Shown: one piece after another, positions 11,618 to 23,300 of the stretch | How positions within the stretch are numbered: position 1 is the stretch's first letter | Layout: each line of letters begins with the position of its first letter | Assembly: GCA_964016885.1 (NCBI GenBank) | Contig: OZ024742.1 | Location: forward strand, 54,436,001-54,500,000 | Reading direction: 5' to 3' | From: Eledone cirrhosa | Taxonomy: Eukaryota | DNA: 64,000 nucleotides | The notes under the pieces: model-generated | Database searches by the model: none | The model's input: the letters and a program-made list of their open reading frames with translations, nothing else | Told to the model about the DNA's origin: nothing | Program-made: the position numbers and the translations under genes

Positions 11618-14600
11618 AGTTGCATTTATCTTGCTTTATGTTCATACGAGTTATCACCAAGTCACAACCAGTGACCTCAACAGACAACAAGGTCCGCCAT
11701 GTTCAAGGAAGAACATACATACTCACACATGCATCTTTAGTGTTTAGACTTGTGATGTACTTATATTGACAGAATCTTCCTTAGTATATGGGCAGTTCAC
11801 ATTAGTACTATCTTTTGTATTTCTCCTATACGCGGGTTTCCTGGGATTTGCGATAAGTAATCATTAGACCTCTTAGGTATCATTCCCATAGCGCCTACAA
11901 CCACTGGTATTGTTTTAGTTTTCAATTTCCACATTTTTCCAATTTCTATCTCCAGGTCCTTATACTTGCTCAATTTTTCAAATGTTTTTATAGATACATT
12001 CTTGTCTATTGGAAAGGACATATCAATTAGCAGGCATACCCTCTTTTTAAAGTCCTTCAATATTATATCAGGTCTATTTGCATCTATTTTTCGGTCTGTT
12101 TGGATTCTAAGGTTCCACAAGATTGAGATGTGATGTGATCTTTTTCAAGTATGGGAGGTGGTTGATGCTCCCACCAATTATTTTGATGGGGCAGGTCAAA
12201 ATGCTTACACATTGTATGTATTGTGCAGCTTTGTCATGCCTGTTTAGGTATTCGGTTGGAGCTATAGGGCTGCACATTGAAATTATATGGTTAATGGTCT
12301 CTGGTTGTTTTTTGCATACACGGCATAATGGGCTGCATCCATTTTTTATTATGTTGGCTTGGTAATTTTTTGTTGGCAGACACTGATCTTGTGCTGATAT
12401 AATCAGTCCTTCAGTCTCCGATTTCAGTCCAGAGGATGCCAACCACTGATGGGTTAAAGTTTTGTCAACATCAGGATTGTTAGCTCGCTCTGGGTATTTT
12501 CCATACAGAGGCTTTTCTTGCCATTTCTTAGCCAATTTCTGTAGCAGTTCTTTCTTTCCAGTTACTTTTACCTGCTTTGCTTTTTCTGTGTTTTCCATTT
12601 CAGCAGTAAATGGACTTCTGAAATTTGTAATCCATTACTGTATCTTTGTGCATCTTTTGTAATGGAATATGATATTTTGATGCTTTCGTGTTTCAAAACG
12701 AGTTTGATCATCCAATCATGTGATTCCCTTAGATATGTAGATAATCCAATTGTTGCAGTTTTCAACGCAATGTCTAACTGGATTAACCCACGTCCTCGTT
12801 CTTTCCTAGGGAGATATATTCTATCTATATCTGCCTTAGGGTGATGCATTCTGTGCACGGTTAAGAATTTTCTAATTTTTGTATCGAGCCTACGGATCTC
12901 TGTGCTTGACCAGTTGATGACACATTGTAACTGTAGGTTACTACTGGTATGGCAAGCGTGTTTATGGCATCGATCCTATTCCTTGCATTCAATTCCGTTC
13001 TTAAGATTGCTCTTACTCTGCGGTAACATTCCTTCCTTATCCTTTCCCTCATTGTCGAGTGCTTGATTCCGTCTCCTTCACAAACACCTAGATATTTGTA
13101 AGTTTTTTCTTGATCAAGTTCTCTTATCACGTTCCCCCGATCAAGATTAATGTCTGAACTCTTCAGCAGCTTTCCTCTGGTGAACGTTGCTTTGGCGCAT
13201 TTATCTAGTCCAAACTCCATTTTAATGTCATCACTGAACTGCTTCACAGTGGATAATAGCCCTTGCAATTGTTCATCATTTTTTTTGCAAATAGTTTCAG
13301 GTCATCCATGTAGAACAGGTGATTAATGGTTTTGTCATAGACTTTATATCCATGTTTTGTTTCATTGAGCATTTTACTTAATGGTATAAGTGCGATGCAG
13401 AATAAAAGCGGTGATAAAGAGTCACCCTGAAAATTTCCACAATTAATATTAACTTCTCCAGCTTCCAGTGATTTTGTTTCACTATTCAAAAGGAGTGTCG
13501 TTTTTCATGTCTTCATACTGAATGACAAAAACCTCCTGACAACGGGGGATATTTTGAAAATCTCTAAACATTTTTCAATCCAACTGTGTGGCAAACTATC
13601 GAATGCTTTTTTATAATCTATCCAAGCAATCGATAGATTTTTGTGTTTATTATGACAATCTTCCAGTATCATTTTGTTAACCAAAAGCTGATCCTTACAG
13701 CCATATGAGCCTCGTTTACACCCTTTCTGCTCAATGGGAAATAGGTCATTTGTTATCAGGTGGTGATATATGTATTCAGTTAGGACTGATTTTAAAATTT
13801 TATACATTGTCGTCAAGCAAGTTATCGGTCTGTAATTTTTGGGATTGTTTGTCTAATCATTCTTCGGAAGCAGGAATGTAATGCCGTTAACTAGCCATGA
13901 TGGTATCTTTTCTGGCTCCTTAACTATTTCATTGTAAAGTTGGGCTAACAGCTCATGAGACTCTGTGAAGGCATTTATCCAAAAATTTTGTATTCTTTCT
14001 TTTCCTGGGGATTTCCATTTGTTGGTATTTCTTAGAGCCAAGCGCAACTGTTCAACTGTTATATTTTCCCATATTTGTTCCTCAAGGTGAGCTGTATCTT
14101 TCATTTCTCTGTCTATCCATAGGGCATGTATGTTATGAACTTTTTCTTCGGCCCAGATCTTTTCCCAGAATTCTTGCACTTCCTCCTTGGGTGGTATTGA
14201 TTTAGCAGTTATTGTTGACTTACCAATTTTTGAGTAGAAGTTTATTTGGTTGTTTTTGAACATATTATTGTCCTTATAGAATCTAGATCGTTTTTCAAAG
14301 CGCCTTATACGAGCAGCTTTGTCCGGCACTTTTTGATTGATTATTTCTATCAGCATGTCTATGTCACTTGTTGATTTTATACTGTACTTTCTTTTCAATT
14401 ATCTAAGTTTAGTTTGTTTAACATGTTCACCTACTTTATAGTTTGTTAACATTTCTATGTCAGATCGGAGAAGGTTTATTTGGCGATTGATGTTCTCTTG
14501 CCAAGTAGATTTCTTGTGGGAATTCCTTTGTTTTTTCATCTTCACTCCACATAAGTGAGTGGTGAGTTTAGCCGATGCATAATAGAGATGATTTAAATCA

Positions 14601-15660
14601 GTAATGTTTAGTTTGTTTGTGATGATAATGTTTTTGAGAATTATGTTAGTCTTGTGTATTATCTTTTGGTTCTGTTTGGAGTTCTGGATCTTAGGGAGGG
14701 TGTCTCGTTGCCCCATGTCAGATTCTTTCATTTTCATCCATTCGATCATAATTTCATCCTTCAAGTTGGCAAGTTCATTCTAATTCATTTCTTTATCATT
14801 TACGATTTCATTATTTTCATTTGGAGTTTCATCTTGAGCATGCACTCCCACCACTTTTTCGATCCTTTCTTTAATTTGTTCTGTTGCCAGTGATTCCGCC
14901 CCAACCCTGGGATTCGAAGTGTTACAATTTACCTCGTTTTCACTGACACATATTTCATTTTCCCTTCGCTGACTTTGTGCTAATAGCTTGATCTGATCAA
15001 TTTCTATATCAGTTAGTAACTTTTTTCTTACAATATTTCTTCGTATATTGGCTAGTTTGTTACTGTCAATATAGCCTCTGTTTTTGGGATGTTTCATTTT
15101 CCAGTTGATATATGTCTGTTCTGTATTCGATGTATTTGATGGGTAGTACATGGCAGTGTAGAAAGCCTCAAGGACTTCTTTATTATCTTCCCTTGACCAT
15201 TTATCTCTCTTTTTCTTTGGATTTCTTGGTGGTGAGCATGGAAGGCCAACAGTAGGAGCATTCCGGTTATGGGAGGTTTCCAGCTCCGAAGTGATGGGAA
15301 GGTTTGAACCTTTAGCTGATTTTTCGACCCCAGTCTGGTTCCTCTCTGAGGGACGCGGCCCTTTTTTACCCGAGTGACGGCCGATCCGGTATGAGATTTT
15401 ATCATTAGACATTTTCTTTATTTTGTCGCGTTTTATCCTTATCCGCCAAGGGGTAATCATTTCGTGTTACCACTTCTAGAACGAGTGTCAACCAAGACTA
15501 GAGGGGTCGTTCTCCCCTAGAGACACGGCTATTCCCCGCCGGCCGTCATCCCGGTATTTCTTGGTCACGGGGTTTTCTTTTTGTTGTTTTTTTTTAAATT
15601 GTTATTATCATGAGTGGTTCCTTAATGTGAGCATTGCGTGGGTTAAGAATGAAATTATTA
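11617..15660 (-). mobile_element. R4/Dong-clade RLE non-LTR retrotransposon family A, copy 2, coding region near-complete but frameshifted
   Basis: WKSPG, EQKGCKRGSYGCKDQLL, WIDYKKAFDS, FQGDSLSPLLF, HLFYMDDLKL, GRGL, CRVC..ETINHIISMC, RHD and RPDIILKDFKKRVCLLIDMSFP..EKLSKYKDL, spread over several ORFs. Confidence 0.93.
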
Positions 15661-15760
15661 ATAATTGTCTACACTCCAGGCACAAGGCCAGCAGTCTCCC
15701 AGTGCATTACAATAATATAATATACTTTTTACTGAAGTTGCCTGTTATTATTATTATTAT

Positions 15761-15900
15761 CAAATCCCGCCGAGGTTGACTTTGCCTTTCATCCTTAAGG
15801 GGTCGATAAAATAAAGTACCAGTAATGCACTGGGTAATTTGCTGGCCTTGTGCCTAAAGTAGAAACAATTATTATTATTATTATTATTGTTATTGTTATT
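15761..15900 (+). mobile_element. Meta-type SINE, 5'-truncated, with (ATT)n tail
   Basis: CAAATCCCGCCGAGGTTGACTTTGCCTTTCATCCTTAAGGGGTCGATAAAATAAAGTACCAG...GGCCTTGTGCCTAAAGTAGAAACAATTATT. Confidence 0.85.
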
Positions 15901-18900
15901 CCTTGAATCTCAGTCATTGATGTTGGTTAACTGGAAAGTCCGTTGGATTGAATATCAAGCCACTACCTGCAGCCTCAGATATTCAGGACGTATCGGAGGG
16001 TTCTTGCCGTTCCAAGCAAGCATGCCTTTTGAAGCGTTCCAAAAAGCGTGAAGGGGCCGATTTTCTTTAACCATCCCTGGAAACCTTTGGAGATAGTCCC
16101 CAGTGCGCCTATGACAATCGGGATCACTTTGACTTCATGGCAGTTCCAAATCCTTTTCACCTCCCACTTTAGGTCCTGGTATCGGTTAATTTTCTCCCTC
16201 TCCTTCTCTTGCACTCTCGTGCCGAACGGGCAGGCCACATCCACAATCAGGCACGATCTTTTTTCTTTGTCCACAACCACCAGGTCAGGTCTATTGTGTT
16301 CCAGTTTTTTGTCCGTCTGTATCCTAAAATCCCACAGCACCTTCACCTGACTGTTCTCCATCACCGCCTCTGGCCTATGCTCATACCATTTCTCAGAATT
16401 TGGTAGATTGTTTACTTTGCACAGGTGCCAGTGGATCACCCTGCCCATCACATTGTGTCTCCAGCCCTTATAGTGGGTCTGGGCTAGGTGTTTACACTCG
16501 GACACAATGTGATCCACAGTCTCCTCTCTCTCTCCACAGATCCTGCACAGTGGGCTAGCCTCCTCCTTGTAGATATGGTGCTTCAACCACTTCGTTTTGA
16601 GGGCCTGCTCCTGCGCAGCCATTAGCATTCCTTCTGTAGCCTTTTTGAGGTCTCCTCTTCTCAACCAGTTCCATGTCCGTGGATCTCTAAATTCAGTTTT
16701 CTCAAAGAAGGTACTATGAAGGGATTTTCCCTTAAGGCTGCTCTTCCTCCTTGATGTTATTTCCTCCTTGGATATCCCCTGGCCTACTGTCCCCTCCTTC
16801 AGTACAGCTCTGAGCATTGGCTCCTTACTATAGGTCACGTATTTGTATAGGTTGTTTTTCTCCATCTGAACACAGTCCTCTATGCTGATAAGACCTCTTC
16901 CACCCTCAGATCTCCTTAGGTAGAGTCTATCGACATCACTCCTCTTGTGGAACATGTTGTAGATAGTCAATAGCTTCCTAGTCTTCCTATCCATTTCTTT
17001 TTGTTCAGCAACATTCCATCTCAGAATTCCCGCACTGTACCTAATAATAGACACAGCTCGGGAATTTACTGCGCTTATGGCATTTCTGCTGTTCAGATGT
17101 GACTTCAATACGCTCCTTACTCTCCGAATGTATTCAGTTCTTAACAATTCCTTCATTTTTTTGTTCTTTATGCCATCAGCCTCCAGAACGCCCAAATACT
17201 TGTATCCTTCCTCAGAGTCAATTTCCTTTATCATCTCACCTGTTGGTATCTGGATCCCGTTACTTCTGCTCAACCTACCCCTCCTCATCACAATGACTCC
17301 ACATTTACCAATACCAAACTGCATACATATATCACTGCTGAAAATACGGACAGTGTCAACAAGCACATCCAACTCCTTCTCACTTTTCCCGAAGAGCTTA
17401 AGATCGTCCATGAAGAGGAGGTGATTGATGGTAAGCTCTCCCCTTCCCAACTTGTATCCTGCTCTCACTTTTCGCAGCATAATGGTCAAGGGAATCAGGG
17501 CAAGGACAAACAACAGAGGGGACAGGCTATCTCCCTGGAAGATACCTCTCTTGATCTTCACGCTTCCTAAGGATACTCCAGTTGATGTCAACTCTGTCTC
17601 CCAGGACCCCATACTCCTGCCCAGCAACTGTCTGATGTTATCTGCCACCCTGAAGATCTCCAGGCTTTTGGTGATCCAGGAATGAGGCACCATGTCAAAT
17701 GCCTTTCTGTAGTCTATCCATCCCATGGCAAGATCAGTGTGTCTCCTCCTGCAATTCCCCATTACCATCTTATCAATAAGCAACTGGTCCTTTGTACCAC
17801 GTGACTTCTTTCGGCATCCTTTCTGTTCGTCCGGCAACAAGTTGTTTGTGTGGAGGTGATGGTAGATTTCCTCAGACACAATGCTCGTCAACAGTTTCCA
17901 CATTACGGGCAGACATGTGATAGGTCTATAGTTGGTAACATCATTACCCTTGATTCGGTCTTTCATTATCAGAACTGTGGTACCTTTTGTCAACCACTCT
18001 GGCACCTCACCCGACACCAAGCAGTCATTGAACATGGCCGTCAGCTTCGGGTGGAGGGATGTTAAATGTTTAATCCAATACCCCTGCACACCATCTGGGC
18101 CTGGTGATTTCCAGTTGGTTAGTTTTTTGGCTTGCCCCTTAAGAGTTTCAGCTGTGATACTCAAATCAGTCTGTTGCTGTGCCTGCTCACCGATCTCCCT
18201 CTGTACTGTCTCAATCCACCCTGCCTGGGCATTGTGTCTAACATCCTGCTCCCATATTCCTCTCCAGAATGTTTTAGCTTGTTCCGCCCCAGGGATCAAG
18301 TCGTTGCCTCTTTCTTTCCCCTCAAGCTGTCCAAACAGCATCTTCTGGTTGTTGTCGAACATGCGGTTCTGTTTATACTGACTGACTCTGTTCTCGTATC
18401 GCCTGATTTTGGCACTCTTTGCTACAATGCGTTGCTTCAATTCCTCTATGATAATTTTTAGCTTTTTACTCCTAGTTTTGTATTTTATTTCCAGTCTATT
18501 TTTAGTGCCTATGTTTTTTAGTGTCCCATTCAGTAGTGACTCAAGCTTTCCTATGTCATTTCTCATTTCCCCGATTTTCCCACTCAGTCGCTTCTTCCAC
18601 CACGGCTCTGCTCTTTCTTGTCTGTTGTTTCCTCTCGCTTTTATACCAAGTAGTTTCCTCACCGTATTTGCTGTTGCTTTGAGGATATTGTTGCACTGGT
18701 GAAGACTCCTCGCCTCAAGGTATGGGATGACTTTGTTTACCCTAGCTGTTGTTTCTTTTAACTTTTTCCTGTCTACAAATCTTAGGTTCATAGGTCTCCC
18801 ACTATCATTGTTCAACTCATCTACCACTAAATTTAGGATGTCAACCGAATCTTGTCCTAGCCCGTCAGCATTCATCTCCTCAGTGGCTGTATCTCTGTTC

Positions 18901-20222
18901 CAGGTATTATTTATCTCAGTATTCAGATCATTGTCTGCTTCGGGTGGTTCCTCCGTTCTCAGGACCTCCTCACCTTCATTTCCCGCCGGCTCGCTTGTCT
19001 GGCATACTACACCCGCCATCTCCAAGCCATTCTCTCTGCTCAGTTCCTCCAGTTCCAGCTCGCTTATCCACCCATTAGTTCTTATTACCCGAACCCGCCC
19101 GGCCAATTTTTGTTCATCTAATTTAAATAAACCAATCTCGTTCCAGATGTTATGCATCCGTCTCCTGTAGCCCCTCTCCTTGGGGTTACTTTTCAGGTAG
19201 CATTGCATAACAGTTCTATTCAATTCTTTCGTCCAGTTGGTTCTGGCCCCTTTCCTTCTTCTTCTTCCTCCAACATCAGCAGTATTTGGTTGACAGTCAG
19301 GCTCCTGCTGCTGAGCCAGGGGGCACCTGTTGGGTGAGAGTCTGTCACATGACGTTCTAGTCTCCATTTCACCGTTATTCGAACTGTTTATGTTCGATAT
19401 TTAAACACTCTTATCGAGGATTGGCGAATGTATGTTTACATAGCCATCTGTGGATCCGCCATCCCACTTGGCCCTTGTGTGGCATTATCACCACGCTGTA
19501 TACGGACACACATAAACAAACAAACACACGGGCAGAAAGGGCCCCAAAAATGAATAAGCATAAGTTTCATTGTAATGTAGTATTCGAATGTCTGACTTAG
19601 TTTTTGTTTTTTAAGTTTTACTTTTTCCCCCCTCTTCTCTGTCCGTCCGCCTGCTTCTCTCTTCATTCTTATTTTCTTTACGTTTTGGGGGTTTCTTTTT
19701 TTGTTTTTGTTTTTCTCTGTTTGTTTTTCTCGTTTTTTGCTGTTGTTGCTGTGCTGCTTTTTTTGTTTGTTTTTTCTTTTTTCTTTTGAGTCTATCTATA
19801 TATTTTGATGCCTTCCTCTTTGTTAGTAGTAGGAATTCTATAATGTGGAAGTGGCAGCCAGCAGAGACTGGCGGCGTTGGCGATACTGAGACAGTGGTGG
19901 TGGTGATGTCGATACCGAGGCAGTGGTGGCGGTGATGCGACCGTATTACTGTAGTGATGGTGCTGTAGCGGTGGCAGCAGCCATGAAGGAGTCAAGGGGT
20001 GGTGGCGGCGGTGATGGGAAAGTGGTGGTAATGATGGCCGTAGTGAGCGGTGGCGGTGAAGGTGAAAATGCTGTTGTGTTTAGTGTACACAGATGATGGA
20101 GTGGGTGGTGTATCTAGTTTCTGGTGTTGGTGAGTTTCGCTGTCCTATATAGTGTAGCCAGAGGAGAGGAGGGGGGGGTTCTTCTTCTTCCATTTATAGC
20201 CATTTTATTTTTTTTTTGGATA
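15901..20222 (-). mobile_element. R4/Dong-clade retrotransposon family B, copy 1 (intact ORF, 74-nt 3' UTR, long 5' region)
   Basis: Collinear with 20327-24780; the 3' end is directly followed by TAA-type repeats on the element strand. Confidence 0.93.
15975..19367 (-). CDS. Intact 1130-aa retrotransposon protein: R4-type N-terminal domain, reverse transcriptase, CCHC zinc knuckle, PD-(D/E)XK restriction-like endonuclease
   Basis: RTNWTKELNRTVMQCY; WKSPGPDG; NYRPITCL; WIDYRKAFD; RGIFQGDSLSPLLF; LFMDDLKL; YKYLG; CRICGEREETVDHIVSEC; RHN; RPDLVVVDKEKRSCLIVDVACP..EKINRYQDL. No stop codons. Confidence 0.95.
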   Translation of the reverse strand: METRTSCDRLSPNRCPLAQQQEPDCQPNTADVGGRRRRKGARTNWTKELNRTVMQCYLKSNPKERGYRRRMHNIWNEIGLFKLDEQKLAGRVRVIRTNGWISELELEELSRENGLEMAGVVCQTSEPAGNEGEEVLRTEEPPEADNDLNTEINNTWNRDTATEEMNADGLGQDSVDILNLVVDELNNDSGRPMNLRFVDRKKLKETTARVNKVIPYLEARSLHQCNNILKATANTVRKLLGIKARGNNRQERAEPWWKKRLSGKIGEMRNDIGKLESLLNGTLKNIGTKNRLEIKYKTRSKKLKIIIEELKQRIVAKSAKIRRYENRVSQYKQNRMFDNNQKMLFGQLEGKERGNDLIPGAEQAKTFWRGIWEQDVRHNAQAGWIETVQREIGEQAQQQTDLSITAETLKGQAKKLTNWKSPGPDGVQGYWIKHLTSLHPKLTAMFNDCLVSGEVPEWLTKGTTVLIMKDRIKGNDVTNYRPITCLPVMWKLLTSIVSEEIYHHLHTNNLLPDEQKGCRKKSRGTKDQLLIDKMVMGNCRRRHTDLAMGWIDYRKAFDMVPHSWITKSLEIFRVADNIRQLLGRSMGSWETELTSTGVSLGSVKIKRGIFQGDSLSPLLFVLALIPLTIMLRKVRAGYKLGRGELTINHLLFMDDLKLFGKSEKELDVLVDTVRIFSSDICMQFGIGKCGVIVMRRGRLSRSNGIQIPTGEMIKEIDSEEGYKYLGVLEADGIKNKKMKELLRTEYIRRVRSVLKSHLNSRNAISAVNSRAVSIIRYSAGILRWNVAEQKEMDRKTRKLLTIYNMFHKRSDVDRLYLRRSEGGRGLISIEDCVQMEKNNLYKYVTYSKEPMLRAVLKEGTVGQGISKEEITSRRKSSLKGKSLHSTFFEKTEFRDPRTWNWLRRGDLKKATEGMLMAAQEQALKTKWLKHHIYKEEASPLCRICGEREETVDHIVSECKHLAQTHYKGWRHNVMGRVIHWHLCKVNNLPNSEKWYEHRPEAVMENSQVKVLWDFRIQTDKKLEHNRPDLVVVDKEKRSCLIVDVACPFGTRVQEKEREKINRYQDLKWEVKRIWNCHEVKVIPIVIGALGTISKGFQGWLKKIGPFTLFGTLQKACLLGTARTLRYVLNI

Positions 20223-20241
20223 TACAGTGTACAATACAAAG

Positions 20242-20243
<2 letters not shown>

Positions 20244-20326
<83 letters not shown>
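20244..20326. repeat. (TTA)n microsatellite between R4 copies B1 and B2
   Basis: Directly visible. Confidence 0.97.
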
Positions 20327-20327
<1 letters not shown>

Positions 20328-23300
20328 CTTGAATCTCAGTCATTGATGTTAGTTAACTGGAAAGTCCGTTGGAATGAATATCAAGCCACTACCTGCAGCC
20401 TCAGATATTCAGGACGTATCGGAGGGTTCTTGCTGTTCCCAGCAAGCATGCCTTTTGAAGCGTTCCAAAAAGCGTGAAGGGGCCGATATTCTTTAACCAT
20501 CCCTGGAAACTTTTGGAGATAGTCCCCAGTGCGCCTATGACAATCCGGATCACTTTGACTTCATGGCAGTTCCAAATCCTTTTTACCTCCCACGGTTAAT
20601 TTTCTCCCTCTCCTTCTCTTGCACTCGCGTGTCGAATGGGCAGGCCACATCCACAATCAGACACGATCTTTTTTCTTTGTCCACAACCACCAGGTCAGGT
20701 CTATTGTATTCCAGTTTCTTGTCCGTCTGTATCCTAAAATCACACAGCACCTTCACCTGATCGTTCTCCATCATCGCCTCTGGCTTATGCTCATACCATT
20801 TCTCAGAATGTGGTAAATTGTTTACTTTGCACAGGTGCCAGTGGATCACCCTGCCCATCACATCATGTCTCCAGCCCTTCTAGTGGGTCTGGGCTAGGTG
20901 TTTACACTCGGATACAATGTGAGCCACAGTCTCCTCTCTCTCTCTCGACAGATCCTGCACAGTGGGCTAGCCTCCTCCTTGTAAATATGGTGTTTCAACC
21001 ACTTCGTTTTGAGGGCCTGCTCCTGCGCAGCCATTAACATTCCTTCTGTACCCTTTTTAAGGTCTCCTCTTCTCAACCAGTTCCATGTCTGTGGATCTCT
21101 AAATTCAGTTTTCTCAAAGAAGGTACTATGAAGGGATTTTTCCTGAAGGCTGCTCTTTCTCCTTGATGTTATTTCCTCCTTGGACATCCCCTGGCCTACT
21201 GTCCCCTCCTTCAGTACAGTTCTGAGCATTGGCTCCTTACTATCAGTCACGTATTTGTGTAGGTTGTTTTTCTCCATCTGAACACAGTCCTCTATGCGGA
21301 TAAGACCTCTTCCACCCTCAGATCTCCTTAGGTAGAGTCTGTCGACAACACTCCTCTTGTGGAACATGTTGTAGATAGTCAATAGCTTCCTAGTCTTCCT
21401 ATCCATTTCTTTTTGTTCAGCAACATTCCATCTCAGAATTCCCGCACTGTACCTAAAAATAGACATAGCTCGGGAATTTACTGCGCTTATGGCATTTCTG
21501 CTGTTCAGATGTGACTTCAATACGCTCCTAACTCTCCGAATGTATACAGTTCTTAACAATTCCTTCATTTTTTTATTCTTTATGCCATCAGCTTCCAGAA
21601 CGCCCAAATACTTGTATCCTTCCTCAGAGTCAATTTCCTTTATCATCTCACCTGTTGGTATCTGGATTCCGTTACTTCTGCTCAACCTACACCTCCTCAT
21701 CACAGTGACACCACACTTACTAATACCAAACTGCATACATATATCACTGCTGAAAATACGGACAGTGTCAACAAGCACATCCAACTCTTTCTCACTCTTC
21801 CCGAAGAGCTTAAGATCGTCCATGAAGAGGAGGTGATTGATGGTAAGCCCTCCCTTTCCCAATCTGTATCCTGCTCTCACTTTTCGCAGTACACTGGTCA
21901 GGGGCATCAGGGCAAGGACAAACAACAGAGGGGACAGGCTATCTCCCTGGAAGATACCTCTCTTGATCTTCACGCTTCCCAAGGATTCTCCAGTTGATGT
22001 CAAATCTGTTTCCCAGGACCTCATACTCCTGCCCAACAACTGTCTGATGTTATCTGCCACCTTGAAGATCTCCAGGCTTTTGGTGATCAAAGAATGAGGC
22101 ACCATGTCAAATGCCTTTCTGTAGTCTATCCATCCCATGGCAAGATCAGTGTGTCTCCTCCTGCAATTCCCCATTACCATCTTATCAATAAGTAACTGGT
22201 CCTTTGTACCACGTGACTTCTTTCGGCATCCTTTCTGTTCGTCCGGCAACAAGTTGTTTGTGTGGAGGTGATGGTAGATTTCCTCAGACACAATGCTCGT
22301 CAACAGTTTCCACATTACGGACAGACATGTGATAGGTCTATAGTTGGTAACATCATTACCCTTGATTCGGTCTTTCATTATCAGAACTGTGGTACCTTTT
22401 GTCAACCACTCTGGTACCTCACCTGACATCAAGCAGTCATTGAACATGGTTGTCAGTTTCGGGTGGAGGGATGTTATATTTTTAATCCAATACCCCTGCA
22501 CACCATCTGGGCCTGGTGATTTCCAGTTGGTTAGTTTTTTGGCCTGCCCCTTAAGAGTTTCAACTGTGATACTCAAATCAGTTTGTTGGTGTGCTTGCTC
22601 ACCGATCTCCCTCTGTACTGTCTCAATCCACACTGCCTGGTCATTATGTCTAACATCCTGCTCCCATATTCCTCTCCAGAATGTTTTAGTTTGTTCCGCC
22701 TCAGGGATCAAGTCGTTGCCTCTTTCTTTCTCTTCAAGCTGTCCAAACAGCATCTTCTGCTTGTTGTCGAACATGCGGTTCTGTTTATACTGACTGACTC
22801 TGTTCTCGTATCGCCTGATTTTTGCACTCTTTGCTACAATGCGTTGCTTCAGTTCCTCTATGATAATATTTAGCTTTTTCCTCCTAGTTTTGTACTTTAT
22901 TTCCAGTCTATTTTTAGTGTCTATATTTTTTAGTGTCCCATTTAGTAGGGACTCAAGCTTTCCAATGTCATTTCTCATTTCCTGATTTGACCATTCAGTC
23001 GTTTCTTCCACCAAGGTTCTGATTTTTCTTGTTTGTTGTTTCCTCTCGCTTTTATGCCAAGTAATTTCCTCACCGCCTTTGCTGTTGCTTTGAGGATATT
23101 GTTGCACTGGTGAAGGTTCCTCGCCTCAAGGTATGGGATGACTTTGTTTACCTTAGCTGTTGTTTCTTTTAACTTTTTCCTGTCTACAAATCTTAGGTTC
23201 ATAGGTCTCCCACTATCATTGTTCAATTCATCTACCACTAAATTTAGGATGTCAACCGAATCTTGTCCTAGCCCGTCAGCATTTATCTCCTCGGTGGCCG

